Shown piece after piece: positions 21,456 through 31,387 of a DNA stretch of 64,000 nucleotides. The translations under genes were made by a program, and so were the position numbers. Source of the DNA: Candidatus Kapaibacterium sp. GTDB taxonomy: Bacteria; Bacteroidota; Ignavibacteria; Kapaibacteriales; UBA2268. Where the stretch lies: NCBI GenBank assembly GCA_963664875.1, contig OY761611.1, positions 2,720,001-2,784,000 on the forward strand, in the 5' to 3' direction. Within the stretch, counting starts at the first letter, position 1, and each line of letters opens with the position of its first letter. The notes under the pieces are model-generated. The model searched no databases and was not told the DNA's origin. It saw nothing but the letters and a program-made list of their open reading frames with translations.

Positions 21456-23684
21456 ATGATTGACATTAATAAGATACTTACGGAAGAGTTAGGTCTTCAG
21501 TCGTGGCAGGTCGAGAATGCTTTGGCTCTAAAAAATGAAGGAGCTACTCTACCTTTTATTGCCAGATACCGTAAAGAACGTACAGGCGAATTAGACGAAA
21601 ATGTACTCAGGGATATGTTCGACAGATTCGAGTATCTTACGGAGCTCGAAGAAAGAAAAAAGACTATTTTGGACTCTATCGAAGAGCAGGGTAAGCTCAC
21701 AGATGAGCTAAAAGAAAAAATTGTAAAGTGCCTGAAAAAAACAGAATTGGAAGATTTATATCTACCATATAAACCTAAGAAACGAACAAAAGCAACTATA
21801 GCAAAAGAAAAAGATTTGGAACCTCTTGCTATTTTTGTGAAAGATAACAACAAACAGGGCTTGCCGCCGGTTGATTTGGAAGCGGAGGCTGCCAAGTACA
21901 TTTCATCTGAAAAAGAAGTTGCCGACATAAAAGAAGCTCTCAAGGGAGCTGCAGATATTATAGCCGAAGAAATAGCAGAAACTGCTGAGTACAGGCAATG
22001 GATAAGAGAGTTCTTTCTCAAAGAAGGTGTCTTTACATCAAAAATAAAAGATGAATTCGAGGAAGGAAGCACAAAATATGAAATGTATCGAGATTTTGAA
22101 GTTCCCGTAAGAGATATTGCTTCCCACACTATGTTAGCTCTTCGTAGAGGGGAGACAGAGGGAATTTTAGTGCTTGATTTGAAATACGACGAAGACCGTG
22201 TCTTAGATTTTCTCGCATCTCAGGTAATAGAATCTCTTCATGAAAACATATATGATTTTTATAATGCTGCTATCAAAGATGGTTTCATCAGACTTATGAA
22301 ACACTCTATCATTGGTGAAGTCAGACTTGATAAAAAAGTTTATTCAGACGAAGAATCAATAAAAGTTTTTGAAGCAAATCTCAGACAAATGCTCCTTGCC
22401 GCTCCTGCAGGTTTGAAACCTACTATCGGACTCGATCCGGGGTTCCGCACAGGTTGCAAAATGGTAGTTGTTGATGCAACAGGAAAATATATCCAATATG
22501 ATCAGATTTTCCCTCACAACTCTGCAAATGAAAGAGCAAGAGCAGCAGATACATTATTAGATGCTATAAAAAAACATAACATTGAGTTGGTTGCTATCGG
22601 TAACGGCACCGCAGGAAGAGAAACAGATCAGTTTGTTCAGGAAACTCTAAAAGATACCAGCTTTACATTGGTAAAAGTTATGGTAAATGAAGCAGGAGCT
22701 TCTGTTTATTCGGCAAGCAAAGTTGCGAACGAAGAGTTCCCGGATTTAGATTTGACTGTGAGAGGGGCTATAAGTATCGCCCGTAGATTGCAGGATCCTC
22801 TCGCCGAGCTTGTAAAAATTGACCCAAAATCTATTGGAGTGGGGCAGTACCAGCATGACGTGGATCAGAGGAACCTAAAGAAAAAACTGGAAGAAACAGT
22901 AGAAAGCTGTGTGAACTACGTTGGTGTTGACTTAAATACCGCCTCTAAAGAGCTTTTGACTTATGTCTCAGGCATTACAGCGACAGTAGCAAAAAGCATT
23001 GTAGAGTACAGAAATGTAAACGGTATGTTTAGTAGTAGGAAGGATTTGTTGAGCGTACCTCGTTTTGGAAAAAAAGCATTTGAGCAGGCTGCAGGTTTCC
23101 TTCGTATCAGAGAAGGAAAAGACATCCTGGACAATACTGCAGTGCATCCGGAAAGCTATCACATAGTAGAGCAATTTGCCAAAGACTTAAATGTGAACTT
23201 AACTGAAATCACAAAAGTTTCTGATAAGCTACAAACGCTCGATCTAAAAAAATATATCACAGACACAATTGGCGAACCTACTTTACGAGATATAATTGCT
23301 GAACTCGAAAAGCCGGGCAGAGATCCGCGAGAAGAGTTTAAATATGCCAAATTCGCTGAAGGAATCAACGAAATTAAAGATTTAAGACAAGGTATGGAAC
23401 TCGAAGGAGTGGTAACTAATATTACCAATTTTGGTGCGTTTATCGATATTGGAGTGCATCAGGACGGCCTTGTTCACGTATCAGAAATGGCAAACTTCTT
23501 TGTAAAGGATCCGACAAAGGTTGTTAAAGTTGGCCAAATCGTAAAAGTAAAAGTTATAGAAGTAAACGAAAAACTGAAAAGAATTAACCTATCTATGAAG
23601 CAGGTAGGTGGCAACAATATCAAAAAGCCGGAAGTAAAAAAACAGTTTAACGTCAACGACCTAAAATCAAGATTTAGCTCATAG
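21456..23684 (+). CDS. tex: Tex-family RNA-binding transcriptional accessory protein
   Basis: PFIARYRKERTG, GLDPGFRTGCK, EAGASVYSAS, SIGVGQYQHDV and a C-terminal S1 domain. Confidence 0.96.
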   Translation: MIDINKILTEELGLQSWQVENALALKNEGATLPFIARYRKERTGELDENVLRDMFDRFEYLTELEERKKTILDSIEEQGKLTDELKEKIVKCLKKTELEDLYLPYKPKKRTKATIAKEKDLEPLAIFVKDNNKQGLPPVDLEAEAAKYISSEKEVADIKEALKGAADIIAEEIAETAEYRQWIREFFLKEGVFTSKIKDEFEEGSTKYEMYRDFEVPVRDIASHTMLALRRGETEGILVLDLKYDEDRVLDFLASQVIESLHENIYDFYNAAIKDGFIRLMKHSIIGEVRLDKKVYSDEESIKVFEANLRQMLLAAPAGLKPTIGLDPGFRTGCKMVVVDATGKYIQYDQIFPHNSANERARAADTLLDAIKKHNIELVAIGNGTAGRETDQFVQETLKDTSFTLVKVMVNEAGASVYSASKVANEEFPDLDLTVRGAISIARRLQDPLAELVKIDPKSIGVGQYQHDVDQRNLKKKLEETVESCVNYVGVDLNTASKELLTYVSGITATVAKSIVEYRNVNGMFSSRKDLLSVPRFGKKAFEQAAGFLRIREGKDILDNTAVHPESYHIVEQFAKDLNVNLTEITKVSDKLQTLDLKKYITDTIGEPTLRDIIAELEKPGRDPREEFKYAKFAEGINEIKDLRQGMELEGVVTNITNFGAFIDIGVHQDGLVHVSEMANFFVKDPTKVVKVGQIVKVKVIEVNEKLKRINLSMKQVGGNNIKKPEVKKQFNVNDLKSRFSS

Positions 23685-23791
23685 TGAGACTTTTTTATGA
23701 TTTGTGTGTCTTTTATTATGTGCGACGATAATTTGGTGTGGCGAGAGCTACGGCAATCACCACACTATTTTAAATATATAGGGAAAATAAT

Positions 23792-24455
23792 ATGAGTGAT
23801 TATGTTTATAAACTGCAAATCAATCTGATTGGATTGGAAGATGTGGTTTGGAGAATAATCGAAGTTCCTGTCTCTATATCTCTTGATCGTTTGCATGATG
23901 TCATTCGAATAGCAATGGGATGGTCTGATTCGCATATACATCTTTTTAAACATGGGAAAAAATAATTATGCGGATGCCGGTTTGATTTCGAAACTCATGG
24001 GAGATGAGCATTTAGATATTTTGGAAGAAGGAGCATGTCGATTGAATTCCATTCTGAAAAGAAAAAACGACTCCCTCCTTTACATCTATGATTTTGAAGA
24101 TACATGGGCTCACGAAGTAAAGCTTTTGGGAAAACGTAAAGAAAAAATAGAAGACGATGATGATTATGAAGATGAATATATCCCTTGTTTCGAGGATTTG
24201 ATTTTTCATCCGATTTGTATCGACAGAGCAGGAAGTACTCCTTTCGAGGGGGTAGGCGGAGTGGACGGATACATTGATTTTTGTGAAACGATGAAAGATC
24301 TAAAGCACGAATACTACCCAAATGCACTTGCCTGGTATCACGATATAACAGGTCTCGAGGAGTTTAGTCTTTGACCTTTTGATATTGATTTTGTTAACTT
24401 CCAACTTGATAATTATCTGCGTTGGTCAAAAGACAGATTGCTTGACTGGATTTAG
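23792..24455 (+). pseudogene. pRiA4b ORF-3 family protein, disrupted
   Basis: MSDYVYKLQINL..VWRIIEVP..LDRLHDVIRIAMGWSDSHIHLF. Frameshift in the A6 run at about 23957, then YIYDFEDTWAH and PFEGVGG. In-frame TGA at 24372, followed by PFDIDFVNFQLDNYLRWSKDRLLDWI*. Confidence 0.8.
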
Positions 24456-24527
24456 TCTCTTTTGCCAAAACTCTGATTATCCATATATTTGGGCTTAGAA
24501 TATTTAAAATACAACATGCAGGAAAAC

Positions 24528-25817
24528 ATGAAGATAATACTTACAATTTTATTGTTGCTTAGCATTAGTTTCAATGCTTTCGCCGAAAAACCTGAGCAGA
24601 TTTACAAAAAGGCAGTTGCCCAATATAGCAAAGGGGACTTTGAAGAAGCTGTCAAAACTTTTGACGAGCTTTTAAAAAAAGTGCAGGATTATGCATCTTA
24701 TTACTATCGAGGCATGAGCTATCTTGCGATCGGCGAATACGACAAAGCTCAAAATGATTTTACTATGTCTATAGCCCTCAAATCAGACAATGCAGATGCC
24801 TACAACGGCAGAGCTCTTGCTTTTGGTTATTTGGATAATGTCGGTGCTTCTATGCTCGATTTCAACAAAGCAATCCAATTGGATCCGAAATTTGCTGAAG
24901 CGTACGCAAATCGAGCTACTGCTTACATTGCTCAAAAAAAATTCGACCTTGCAGAAAAGGACTTAAGAAAAACTCTTAATCTCAGAGGCGATCATAAGCC
25001 TGCTCAGCTCAATCTTGCGAGATTGATTTATAGCAAAGGACAATTTGAAAATGCAATCAAAGAATTTGACAAATGCGTCAAAATTGGCTTAGATCTCCCT
25101 GAAGTATATCTGAAAAGGGGCAAAAGCTTTTATGCTCTCAAAAAATTTCAGAAAGCCGCAGAAGATTTTACAAAAGCTATTAAGTTGGAACCACGCGATC
25201 CTCAGCTGTATATCGCTCGTGCTAATACTTATGAAAAATTAGGCAAAAAAGATCTTGCAGAAAAGGACAGAAAAGATGCCGCCACAGCAGCTGAAGCAGA
25301 CTATCAGCCTATGGACGATATTCGTTTTGATAAATATATCACTCCTGACAAAGTCTTTACGCTACAACTTCCCGAAAAATGGCACTTTGACCAGATTCAA
25401 CGAGATGATGATGTTACAGAATATATATATACTAAGTTCCCAAAAGGTTCTAATAATATAAATGATGTTATGGTTTCTGCAGCGATAGTCAGAGATATGG
25501 CTAAGAAGTATGATGTGAAGGGCTCTTTTGGCATTATTGAGTTTTGGGATGGTAGTATTGGGAAAAACGTAATGTCTTATGCTCATCATGTTACTAACCA
25601 GCAAGTACAAAAAAGCCGCAATGGTTTACCTACAAGATTATATAAATCTACTCTGCAATACACCGAAAATTCTATACCTATGGTTGTTTACGAATATGCA
25701 ACTGCCACAGATAATGACTTGGCTTATCTTGTAATGAGATGCCCTGCTGACCAGTTTGGTTACTACGAAAAAATCTTTGATCAAGTAATAGAAACCTTAA
25801 GCATTAAGTGGAAGTAA
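24528..25817 (+). CDS. Secreted TPR-repeat protein with extra C-terminal domain
   Basis: Signal peptide, about 7 TPRs (YYYRG, AYNGRA, AYANRA), then a C-terminal domain starting FTLQLPEKW. Confidence 0.85.
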   Translation: MKIILTILLLLSISFNAFAEKPEQIYKKAVAQYSKGDFEEAVKTFDELLKKVQDYASYYYRGMSYLAIGEYDKAQNDFTMSIALKSDNADAYNGRALAFGYLDNVGASMLDFNKAIQLDPKFAEAYANRATAYIAQKKFDLAEKDLRKTLNLRGDHKPAQLNLARLIYSKGQFENAIKEFDKCVKIGLDLPEVYLKRGKSFYALKKFQKAAEDFTKAIKLEPRDPQLYIARANTYEKLGKKDLAEKDRKDAATAAEADYQPMDDIRFDKYITPDKVFTLQLPEKWHFDQIQRDDDVTEYIYTKFPKGSNNINDVMVSAAIVRDMAKKYDVKGSFGIIEFWDGSIGKNVMSYAHHVTNQQVQKSRNGLPTRLYKSTLQYTENSIPMVVYEYATATDNDLAYLVMRCPADQFGYYEKIFDQVIETLSIKWK

Positions 25818-25876
25818 ATCTCAGAGATTAGACAAATTTTAAAACCATTAATATAAGACTTGCACAAACAATTTGA

Positions 25877-25906
25877 CAAAAGACGCGTTTTATGATGCGT
25901 CTTTTG
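25877..25906 (+). terminator. Intrinsic terminator
   Basis: CAAAAGACGC...GCGTCTTTTG. Confidence 0.7.
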
Positions 25907-26062
25907 CTGTATTTGAGCTGATAATTGATACTTAAAACCTATAATTTCCGTTACTTACTTTTATAGGAATATATATCGAACTTCTTTATATCCTAAATCA
26001 TTCTTACTCTCTATCCCCTAATCATCGTTCCCGGAAGGAATATTGTGGTTCAAAAACTAAAC

Positions 26063-26096
26063 AAAAAAAGCCCCTGAACTTGTCAGAGGCTTTTTT
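26063..26096. terminator. Bidirectional terminator after yidC
   Basis: A7-GCCCCTGA..TCAGAGGC-T6. Confidence 0.85.
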
Positions 26097-26121
26097 ATAA
26101 TAGAGTCAAAAATGAGATGTC

Positions 26122-27978
26122 TTATTTTTTCTTTTTACGCAAGTATTTGGTTTTTTGTCCACCCTTAGGAGTAGGCATTCCTGTTTGTCTTTGGAGTTGA
26201 CCTGATTTTTGCATTTCCTGCAACTCTTGGGCTTCTCTCATTTTTTTGGCAAACCAACCTTCTTTTTTAGGTGCTTTTTTCAAGTCTTCCAATGTAACGC
26301 GTTTTTTGGAGTATTTATTCATCCAAGTTTGCTGAGCGATACTAAGCAAGTTAAACATGAAATAGTACAGGTTCAAACCCGCAGGCAAGTGCGAAAACAT
26401 AATAGTAAACATGATTGGCATCATATATACCATGCTTTTTTGTCTCGGATCTGTCACTGTTATTTTTTGTTGCACGAACATCGTAACACCCATTGCAAGA
26501 GCTAAACCTGATACAATCGGCATGAAAGGTAGTCCGATATAGAATAATTTATCAGGCACAGACAAGTCAGTAATCCACCAAATAAAATCGGTTTGACGCA
26601 AATCTATCTGGCTTCTCAGCAATTGCCACAATGCGAATAAGATAGGCATTTGAAGCAACATAGGCAAACAACCACCGGCAGGATTAGCTCCGTATTCGGA
26701 GTATAGCTTCATTATCTCCTGTTGCTGTTTTGTGTTGTCGTCTGCGTATTTTTCTCTTACTTTGTTTATCTCAGGTGCGAGTACCTGCATTTTCTGCACA
26801 GATTGCATCTGCTTGATAGAAAGCGGGTAGAGCAGGAGTTTGATAAAGATAGAGAATATTATCAAAGCTATACCATAGTTCGGTATGAAGCCGTGAATCA
26901 TATTCAGCAAAGGCAACATTAAGTATTCGCCAATCTGGCGGATACCAAATCTAAAACCAAAGCTCATAATGTCAGTCAGGCCATATTCTTTCAATCTGTC
27001 GTATTCTAATGGGCCTATATAAACTTTAAAATTATTACTTTGGCTTCCACCGTCGTATGGCAAACGAATAGCAAGATTATATTTTTCTACTAAACCGTCA
27101 TTTTTTACTTTTTTAACACTGCCATCAACATCTATTGTGCCGTCAAACTTTTGCCAAGGTTGAGGTATGATAGCCATACCGAAATATTTAGTCTTGATTG
27201 CTGCGTAGTCGATGATGCCGGCAGGGGAGATTGGGTCATTTTCGGCTTCAAATTCTTCAATTTCGCCGCCCATACTTATCACAGCCATTGCATCAGTAGA
27301 TTCGTCTGCTGAGTTCTTTTCCTGATATTTAATACCGTCTGACCATACTAGGTCATAGCCGCGGTTGGTGATAGCATCTGACATATTTGATACCTGCACT
27401 CCCGCATCAATCGCATAGTCGTTACCGACAAATTTGATTGTTTTGACGATGCTTTTGCCCGGCTCTGTTTCCAGCTTAGCCTTTAGGCTTAATTCAGATT
27501 TGCCGGAGATTTTGTAGTAATCTTTTTCTGTATTGTCGAACTGGAAATATAAATCGCGAGTGTCTATCTTTTTGTTGTCAGTTGTTCTGAAAGTAAGATA
27601 AAGCTCACCCTTTTTATCATTGATAAGCTGAGAAGGAACCTGATCCCACTTTTTGTAATTTTTAAGTGTCCATTTTTTTATCGCGCCGCCTTTTGAAGAA
27701 ACTTTTGCGATATACAAATCAGTTTCTACTGTGATGATTTTTTCGGCACCGGTAGAGAATTGAGAAAAATACTGTCCGTATTTTAGAGCTATGCTTGATG
27801 AGTCATTGTTGCTGTGCTGAATCTGCTCCGATTGAGTGGTGCTTTCGGCTACAACAGCCGAAACGGAATCTTTGGCAAGCCCTGCAGGAGTGGCAGGCTG
27901 GTTCATGCTTTGCCAGTAAGCCCAAACCATAACAACGACGGCTATCATAGCCATACCGAGTAGAGATCTTTTATCCAT
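26122..27978 (-). CDS. yidC: Membrane protein insertase YidC
   Basis: NYGIALII, GGCLPMLLQMPI, FIWWITDLSVPD and PAGLNLY motifs; operon context. Confidence 0.97.
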   Translation of the reverse strand: MDKRSLLGMAMIAVVVMVWAYWQSMNQPATPAGLAKDSVSAVVAESTTQSEQIQHSNNDSSSIALKYGQYFSQFSTGAEKIITVETDLYIAKVSSKGGAIKKWTLKNYKKWDQVPSQLINDKKGELYLTFRTTDNKKIDTRDLYFQFDNTEKDYYKISGKSELSLKAKLETEPGKSIVKTIKFVGNDYAIDAGVQVSNMSDAITNRGYDLVWSDGIKYQEKNSADESTDAMAVISMGGEIEEFEAENDPISPAGIIDYAAIKTKYFGMAIIPQPWQKFDGTIDVDGSVKKVKNDGLVEKYNLAIRLPYDGGSQSNNFKVYIGPLEYDRLKEYGLTDIMSFGFRFGIRQIGEYLMLPLLNMIHGFIPNYGIALIIFSIFIKLLLYPLSIKQMQSVQKMQVLAPEINKVREKYADDNTKQQQEIMKLYSEYGANPAGGCLPMLLQMPILFALWQLLRSQIDLRQTDFIWWITDLSVPDKLFYIGLPFMPIVSGLALAMGVTMFVQQKITVTDPRQKSMVYMMPIMFTIMFSHLPAGLNLYYFMFNLLSIAQQTWMNKYSKKRVTLEDLKKAPKKEGWFAKKMREAQELQEMQKSGQLQRQTGMPTPKGGQKTKYLRKKKK

Positions 27979-27992
27979 ATTAATCAGTCGTT

Positions 27993-28244
27993 TTATTTAT
28001 TTGACACATCTTTTTTTTGAAGAAAGTAAAACTTGTCGGGTACATTGTCCACTCCTCCACGATTGAAAGGATTGCACCTCAAAATCCGGTAAGTAGTCAG
28101 CCACATGCCTTTGAAAAAACCATGCTTTTCGAAGGCGTCTATCGAATAAGAAGAACATGTAGGATAAAACCTGCAGGAATTTGGTAAGTAAGGAGATAAA
28201 AACTTTTTATATGCTTTTATCAGCATTATCATCAGTTGTTTCAT
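27993..28244 (-). CDS. yidD: Membrane protein insertion efficiency factor YidD
   Basis: [28 protein letters not shown]. Confidence 0.95.
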   Translation of the reverse strand: MKQLMIMLIKAYKKFLSPYLPNSCRFYPTCSSYSIDAFEKHGFFKGMWLTTYRILRCNPFNRGGVDNVPDKFYFLQKKDVSNK

Positions 28245-28647
28245 TGCCGGCAGCCTTTTTACGATTGTAAATAGATTCAGCACTTTGAATTATTTTTATC
28301 ACATGGGGCATCACATCTGCAAGCCTTATTTTTGATGGCATATCAGGTGCCTGCCTCCACGAAATAATCATTTGGTCAATTGGTATAATTGTACCTCGTT
28401 GATTCAACTGTTTTATTGCTAACCTTACCGATTCTCTGAGCAGTCGTTTTATTCTGTTGCGTATTACCGCTTTTTTTGCTAACCTTTTGCTGATTGTAAC
28501 TCCAAGATGTACATTGCCGTCGTAATCCGCCGAAAAATCAAAACAAATAACGGAAGCAGCGGAGCCGCTGTATAGTTTTTTTCCCGATTGGAAGACTTTG
28601 TCAAATACCTTATACCCTTTGAGTGGGCAAACATTGTTGTTTTTCAT
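28207..28647 (-). CDS. rnpA: Ribonuclease P protein component
   Basis: [23 protein letters not shown] (RNR motif); between rpmH and yidD. Confidence 0.93.
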   Translation of the reverse strand: MKNNNVCPLKGYKVFDKVFQSGKKLYSGSAASVICFDFSADYDGNVHLGVTISKRLAKKAVIRNRIKRLLRESVRLAIKQLNQRGTIIPIDQMIISWRQAPDMPSKIRLADVMPHVIKIIQSAESIYNRKKAAGNETTDDNADKSI

Positions 28648-28757
28648 GTAATAAGCACAGGTCGCAAAAAATACCACAAATCCGACAAGTTATATATAAA
28701 CAAATTTGGATAGACTAAAAAGCCTATCCAAACCCAAAGAAAAAACACTTTAGAGAC

Positions 28758-28895
28758 TTAAGCGACTGACACTTTATGACGTCCTTTTGCGCGACGACGA
28801 TTGAGTAGCTTGCGTCCGTTTTTAGTTGCCATACGAGCTCTGAAACCATGTTTGTTTGCTCTTTTGCGGCGACTTGGCTGATATGTTCTTTTCAT
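28758..28895 (-). CDS. rpmH: 50S ribosomal protein L34 (not in ORF track)
   Basis: Manual translation [45 protein letters not shown]. Confidence 0.98.
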   Translation of the reverse strand: MKRTYQPSRRKRANKHGFRARMATKNGRKLLNRRRAKGRHKVSVA

Positions 28896-29054
28896 TACAT
28901 CACCTTTGATTTGAATATCTTACAATTTATTTTCTTTATTATAGTTACGCTAAGTTAGAGAACTACAAATTTATAAAAAAATATTGTATTCAAGAAATAT
29001 TTTTGCACAATTTTCGAATCAAATTTTTTTACGAGCACAAATATAGAAAAGAAA

Positions 29055-29753
29055 TTATAAATCTACATACTCAAATCTGCCTTTTTTCCCGTCATAAAGG
29101 CATAAAGTCCCTGCCAATGGCTCGCCAAGGCCGGTAATTATTTTTATACATTCAAGCGCCTGCATCGAACCTATTATGCCGGGTAAGGCTCCGAGCACTC
29201 CTATTCTTTTGGTCTCTGTTGTTGCTTCCGGAAAAACATCTCTATAGGACGGAGCATCTCCATAGTTGAAGACAGACAGCTGACCTCCAAACTCGGAAAT
29301 TGAACCATAAACATAAGGTATATGCTCTTTGCGGCAATAATCATCGATAATGTATCGGGTTTCAAAATTGTCGGTGCCGTCAACTATTATATCAAATCCC
29401 TCAAAAAGTTTGCTGCTATTTGATTCGTCCAACCTATGGCTATAAACATCAAAAGCAGTGTAAGATGATAGCATCTTCAATTTTGATGCTGCTGCCTCTG
29501 CCTTGCTTTTGCCGAGCATTGACTCGTCGTAAAGCACTTGCCTTTGCAGATTGCTCAGACTTACTTTATCGTCATCGACGATGCCGATGCTGCCTACGCC
29601 TGCGGCTGTCAGATAAAGTAAATTTGGAGAGCCAAGTCCGCCGGCTCCGACCACTAATACAGAAGCTTTTTTGAGCTTAATTTGGTGCTCTTCTTCAAAG
29701 CCCGGGATTAGTAAATGGCGATTATACCTTTCCAAATCATAAATCGGCTGCAT
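29055..29753 (-). CDS. HesA/MoeB/ThiF family adenylyltransferase
   Basis: ERYNRH, VLVVGAGGLGS, SNLQRQ and DGTDNF motifs. Confidence 0.92.
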   Translation of the reverse strand: MQPIYDLERYNRHLLIPGFEEEHQIKLKKASVLVVGAGGLGSPNLLYLTAAGVGSIGIVDDDKVSLSNLQRQVLYDESMLGKSKAEAAASKLKMLSSYTAFDVYSHRLDESNSSKLFEGFDIIVDGTDNFETRYIIDDYCRKEHIPYVYGSISEFGGQLSVFNYGDAPSYRDVFPEATTETKRIGVLGALPGIIGSMQALECIKIITGLGEPLAGTLCLYDGKKGRFEYVDL

Positions 29754-29904
29754 AGCATCACCTTATAATGTAGATATACACACACTCTTAAAAATAAGAA
29801 TTTACCGGATAAGCAGCATACAAAAAATGCTTGCGTCTTCATTCTGCAGCAAAAAAATGCAAATCTGTACGCAAGTGTGTTGTTTCTAATTGCTTTTAGC
29901 TTAT

Positions 29905-30095
29905 CTATTCCCTAATTATTTCAATACCATCTATGATTTTTTGAAATGTCGTGTCATCCGCAGGAGTATAATGGTATTTTGATATGCTCACTTCAAGTGT
30001 AAAATCTCTGTCTTTTAACATCAATTACTCCACCAACACCAAATGCATCTCCAAAATCTGACTTAGTTTTTAAAAGTTGGATTGCTAATGTCAAA
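29905..30095 (-). pseudogene. Remnant of 'domain B' lipoprotein family (C-terminus)
   Basis: 30021-29905 translates as MLKDRDFTLEVSISKYHYTPADDTTFQKIIDGIEIIRE*. This matches the C-termini of the 44671-45711 protein (KYHYKPEDREELDNIIESFKI) and the 48694-49050 ORF (KKYVPEDREEFKNIL). The upstream part appears frameshifted. Confidence 0.65.
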
Positions 30096-30105
30096 ATGAT
30101 ACAAA

Positions 30106-30741
30106 TTATTGTTGACTAATTTGCCAGTAAATAGAATATTGCTCCCCAAGTCCAATTAAATATTTAAAATTACTAAAAACGATATGGTAGTAATTAGTAT
30201 CTGCCAAAGTAAATTTAGCTATTTCAGATTCTTGGTTTGTTATAATTTTGTTATTTAATAGTTTATTAACAATTGCATCAGCTTGTGTATTCTGACCTTT
30301 TATTGTGAGAGCAATTATGTAAGGAATAAATTCTTTAGGTTTATAACCAGTGCTATCAATTAAAAAGTCTTTATGTCGGTCAATTATCGGATTCAATAAA
30401 CTATCTACTTTATTTTGTTGTTGTTGTTTTGAGTAGGCAATAGCATCCAAAATTGCTATACCTTCTTGCGAAAACATATATCTAATATCTTCTAAAAATA
30501 TATGTATACTCTCATAGTCTTCTAAATTGTAGAGAGCTAAATATTTGAATTTGTAAACTTCGGGTCTAAAGAGAGAATCTTCAGATAGAATTTCATCAGC
30601 ATAATTCACAACTTTCATAGAACTTTCTGATAATTTGCTGCCACCCATATTAGACAGTTTTACTAACTCATCATATTTCTCTTCAATTGACACACTACAT
30701 GCAGAGAGTAATAAAATCAAAACAAAATAAATCTTATTCAT
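30106..30741 (-). CDS. Hypothetical lipoprotein, candidate immunity protein
   Basis: Lipobox LLSAC; helical, TPR-like; likely paralog of 30734-31366; downstream of Rhs tip; very AT-rich. Confidence 0.7.
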   Translation of the reverse strand: MNKIYFVLILLLSACSVSIEEKYDELVKLSNMGGSKLSESSMKVVNYADEILSEDSLFRPEVYKFKYLALYNLEDYESIHIFLEDIRYMFSQEGIAILDAIAYSKQQQQNKVDSLLNPIIDRHKDFLIDSTGYKPKEFIPYIIALTIKGQNTQADAIVNKLLNNKIITNQESEIAKFTLADTNYYHIVFSNFKYLIGLGEQYSIYWQISQQ

Positions 30742-31366
30742 TATTCAATGCCTCATCTTTGAAAAGTAGCAAATCCAGAAAATTGTTTGGATTTAGAAAC
30801 TTAGTTCCTGGTTGCAAAATATTATGTTCAAAACGTTTTAAAGTAGAGCTACTTATATTACCGTCGGATACTAGTCTATCAAGTAATACTCGAGCTTCTT
30901 CCCTTCTATCAGTAAGCATTTCCGTCATTAGGAATAAATATAACTTTTTAGAGTCAATTGATTTATCAGGTCTATGATAATTTTCTACTTTTTTGCGCAT
31001 TGGACTCAACACGAAATGTAGCGAATCATATTTAGCTTCATTGTAATAAACAAATGCAGTTAGCATTCTTATCCCAATTTTTGACAGTTTATATTGTTTT
31101 TCCAATTTATGTAGCATATTATGAAGCATATCGAATTGTTCAGCATTTAGCATCAAGTCATAAGCGTATTTAATAGCAACAAAATCTCTGTTATTTTCGA
31201 AAGCTTTATATGCAGACTCTAATGCAGCTTCACAATCTTTTGGCTCCTTACTTTCAATTGCGATTCCATAAAGCTCTTTAAATTCTTGATATTCATCAGT
31301 TTTGCCCGAGCATGAATTGATCACAAACAATAATAGAAATATACAAACATATCTTATTGTATCCAT
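30734..31366 (-). CDS. Hypothetical lipoprotein, candidate immunity protein
   Basis: Lipobox INSC, GAGGT RBS, immediately after the Rhs-tip ORF. Confidence 0.72.
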   Translation of the reverse strand: MDTIRYVCIFLLLFVINSCSGKTDEYQEFKELYGIAIESKEPKDCEAALESAYKAFENNRDFVAIKYAYDLMLNAEQFDMLHNMLHKLEKQYKLSKIGIRMLTAFVYYNEAKYDSLHFVLSPMRKKVENYHRPDKSIDSKKLYLFLMTEMLTDRREEARVLLDRLVSDGNISSSTLKRFEHNILQPGTKFLNPNNFLDLLLFKDEALNNE

Positions 31367-31387
31367 ATTTACCTCTACTTATTTAAA

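Noticed and set aside
24372-24374. TGA recoding (Sec/Trp/Gly) in the pRiA4b gene
   Set aside because: TGA is used as a normal stop elsewhere (e.g. 5681, 13032) and the gene also has a frameshift, so decay is the simpler explanation.
28896-29054. oriC next to rpmH
   Set aside because: AT-rich, but I found no DnaA-box cluster and dnaA is not adjacent.
29785-29830. Fifth degenerate Rhs motif at the distal end of the left island (LYAAYPVNSY)
   Set aside because: Similarity is too weak to distinguish from chance.
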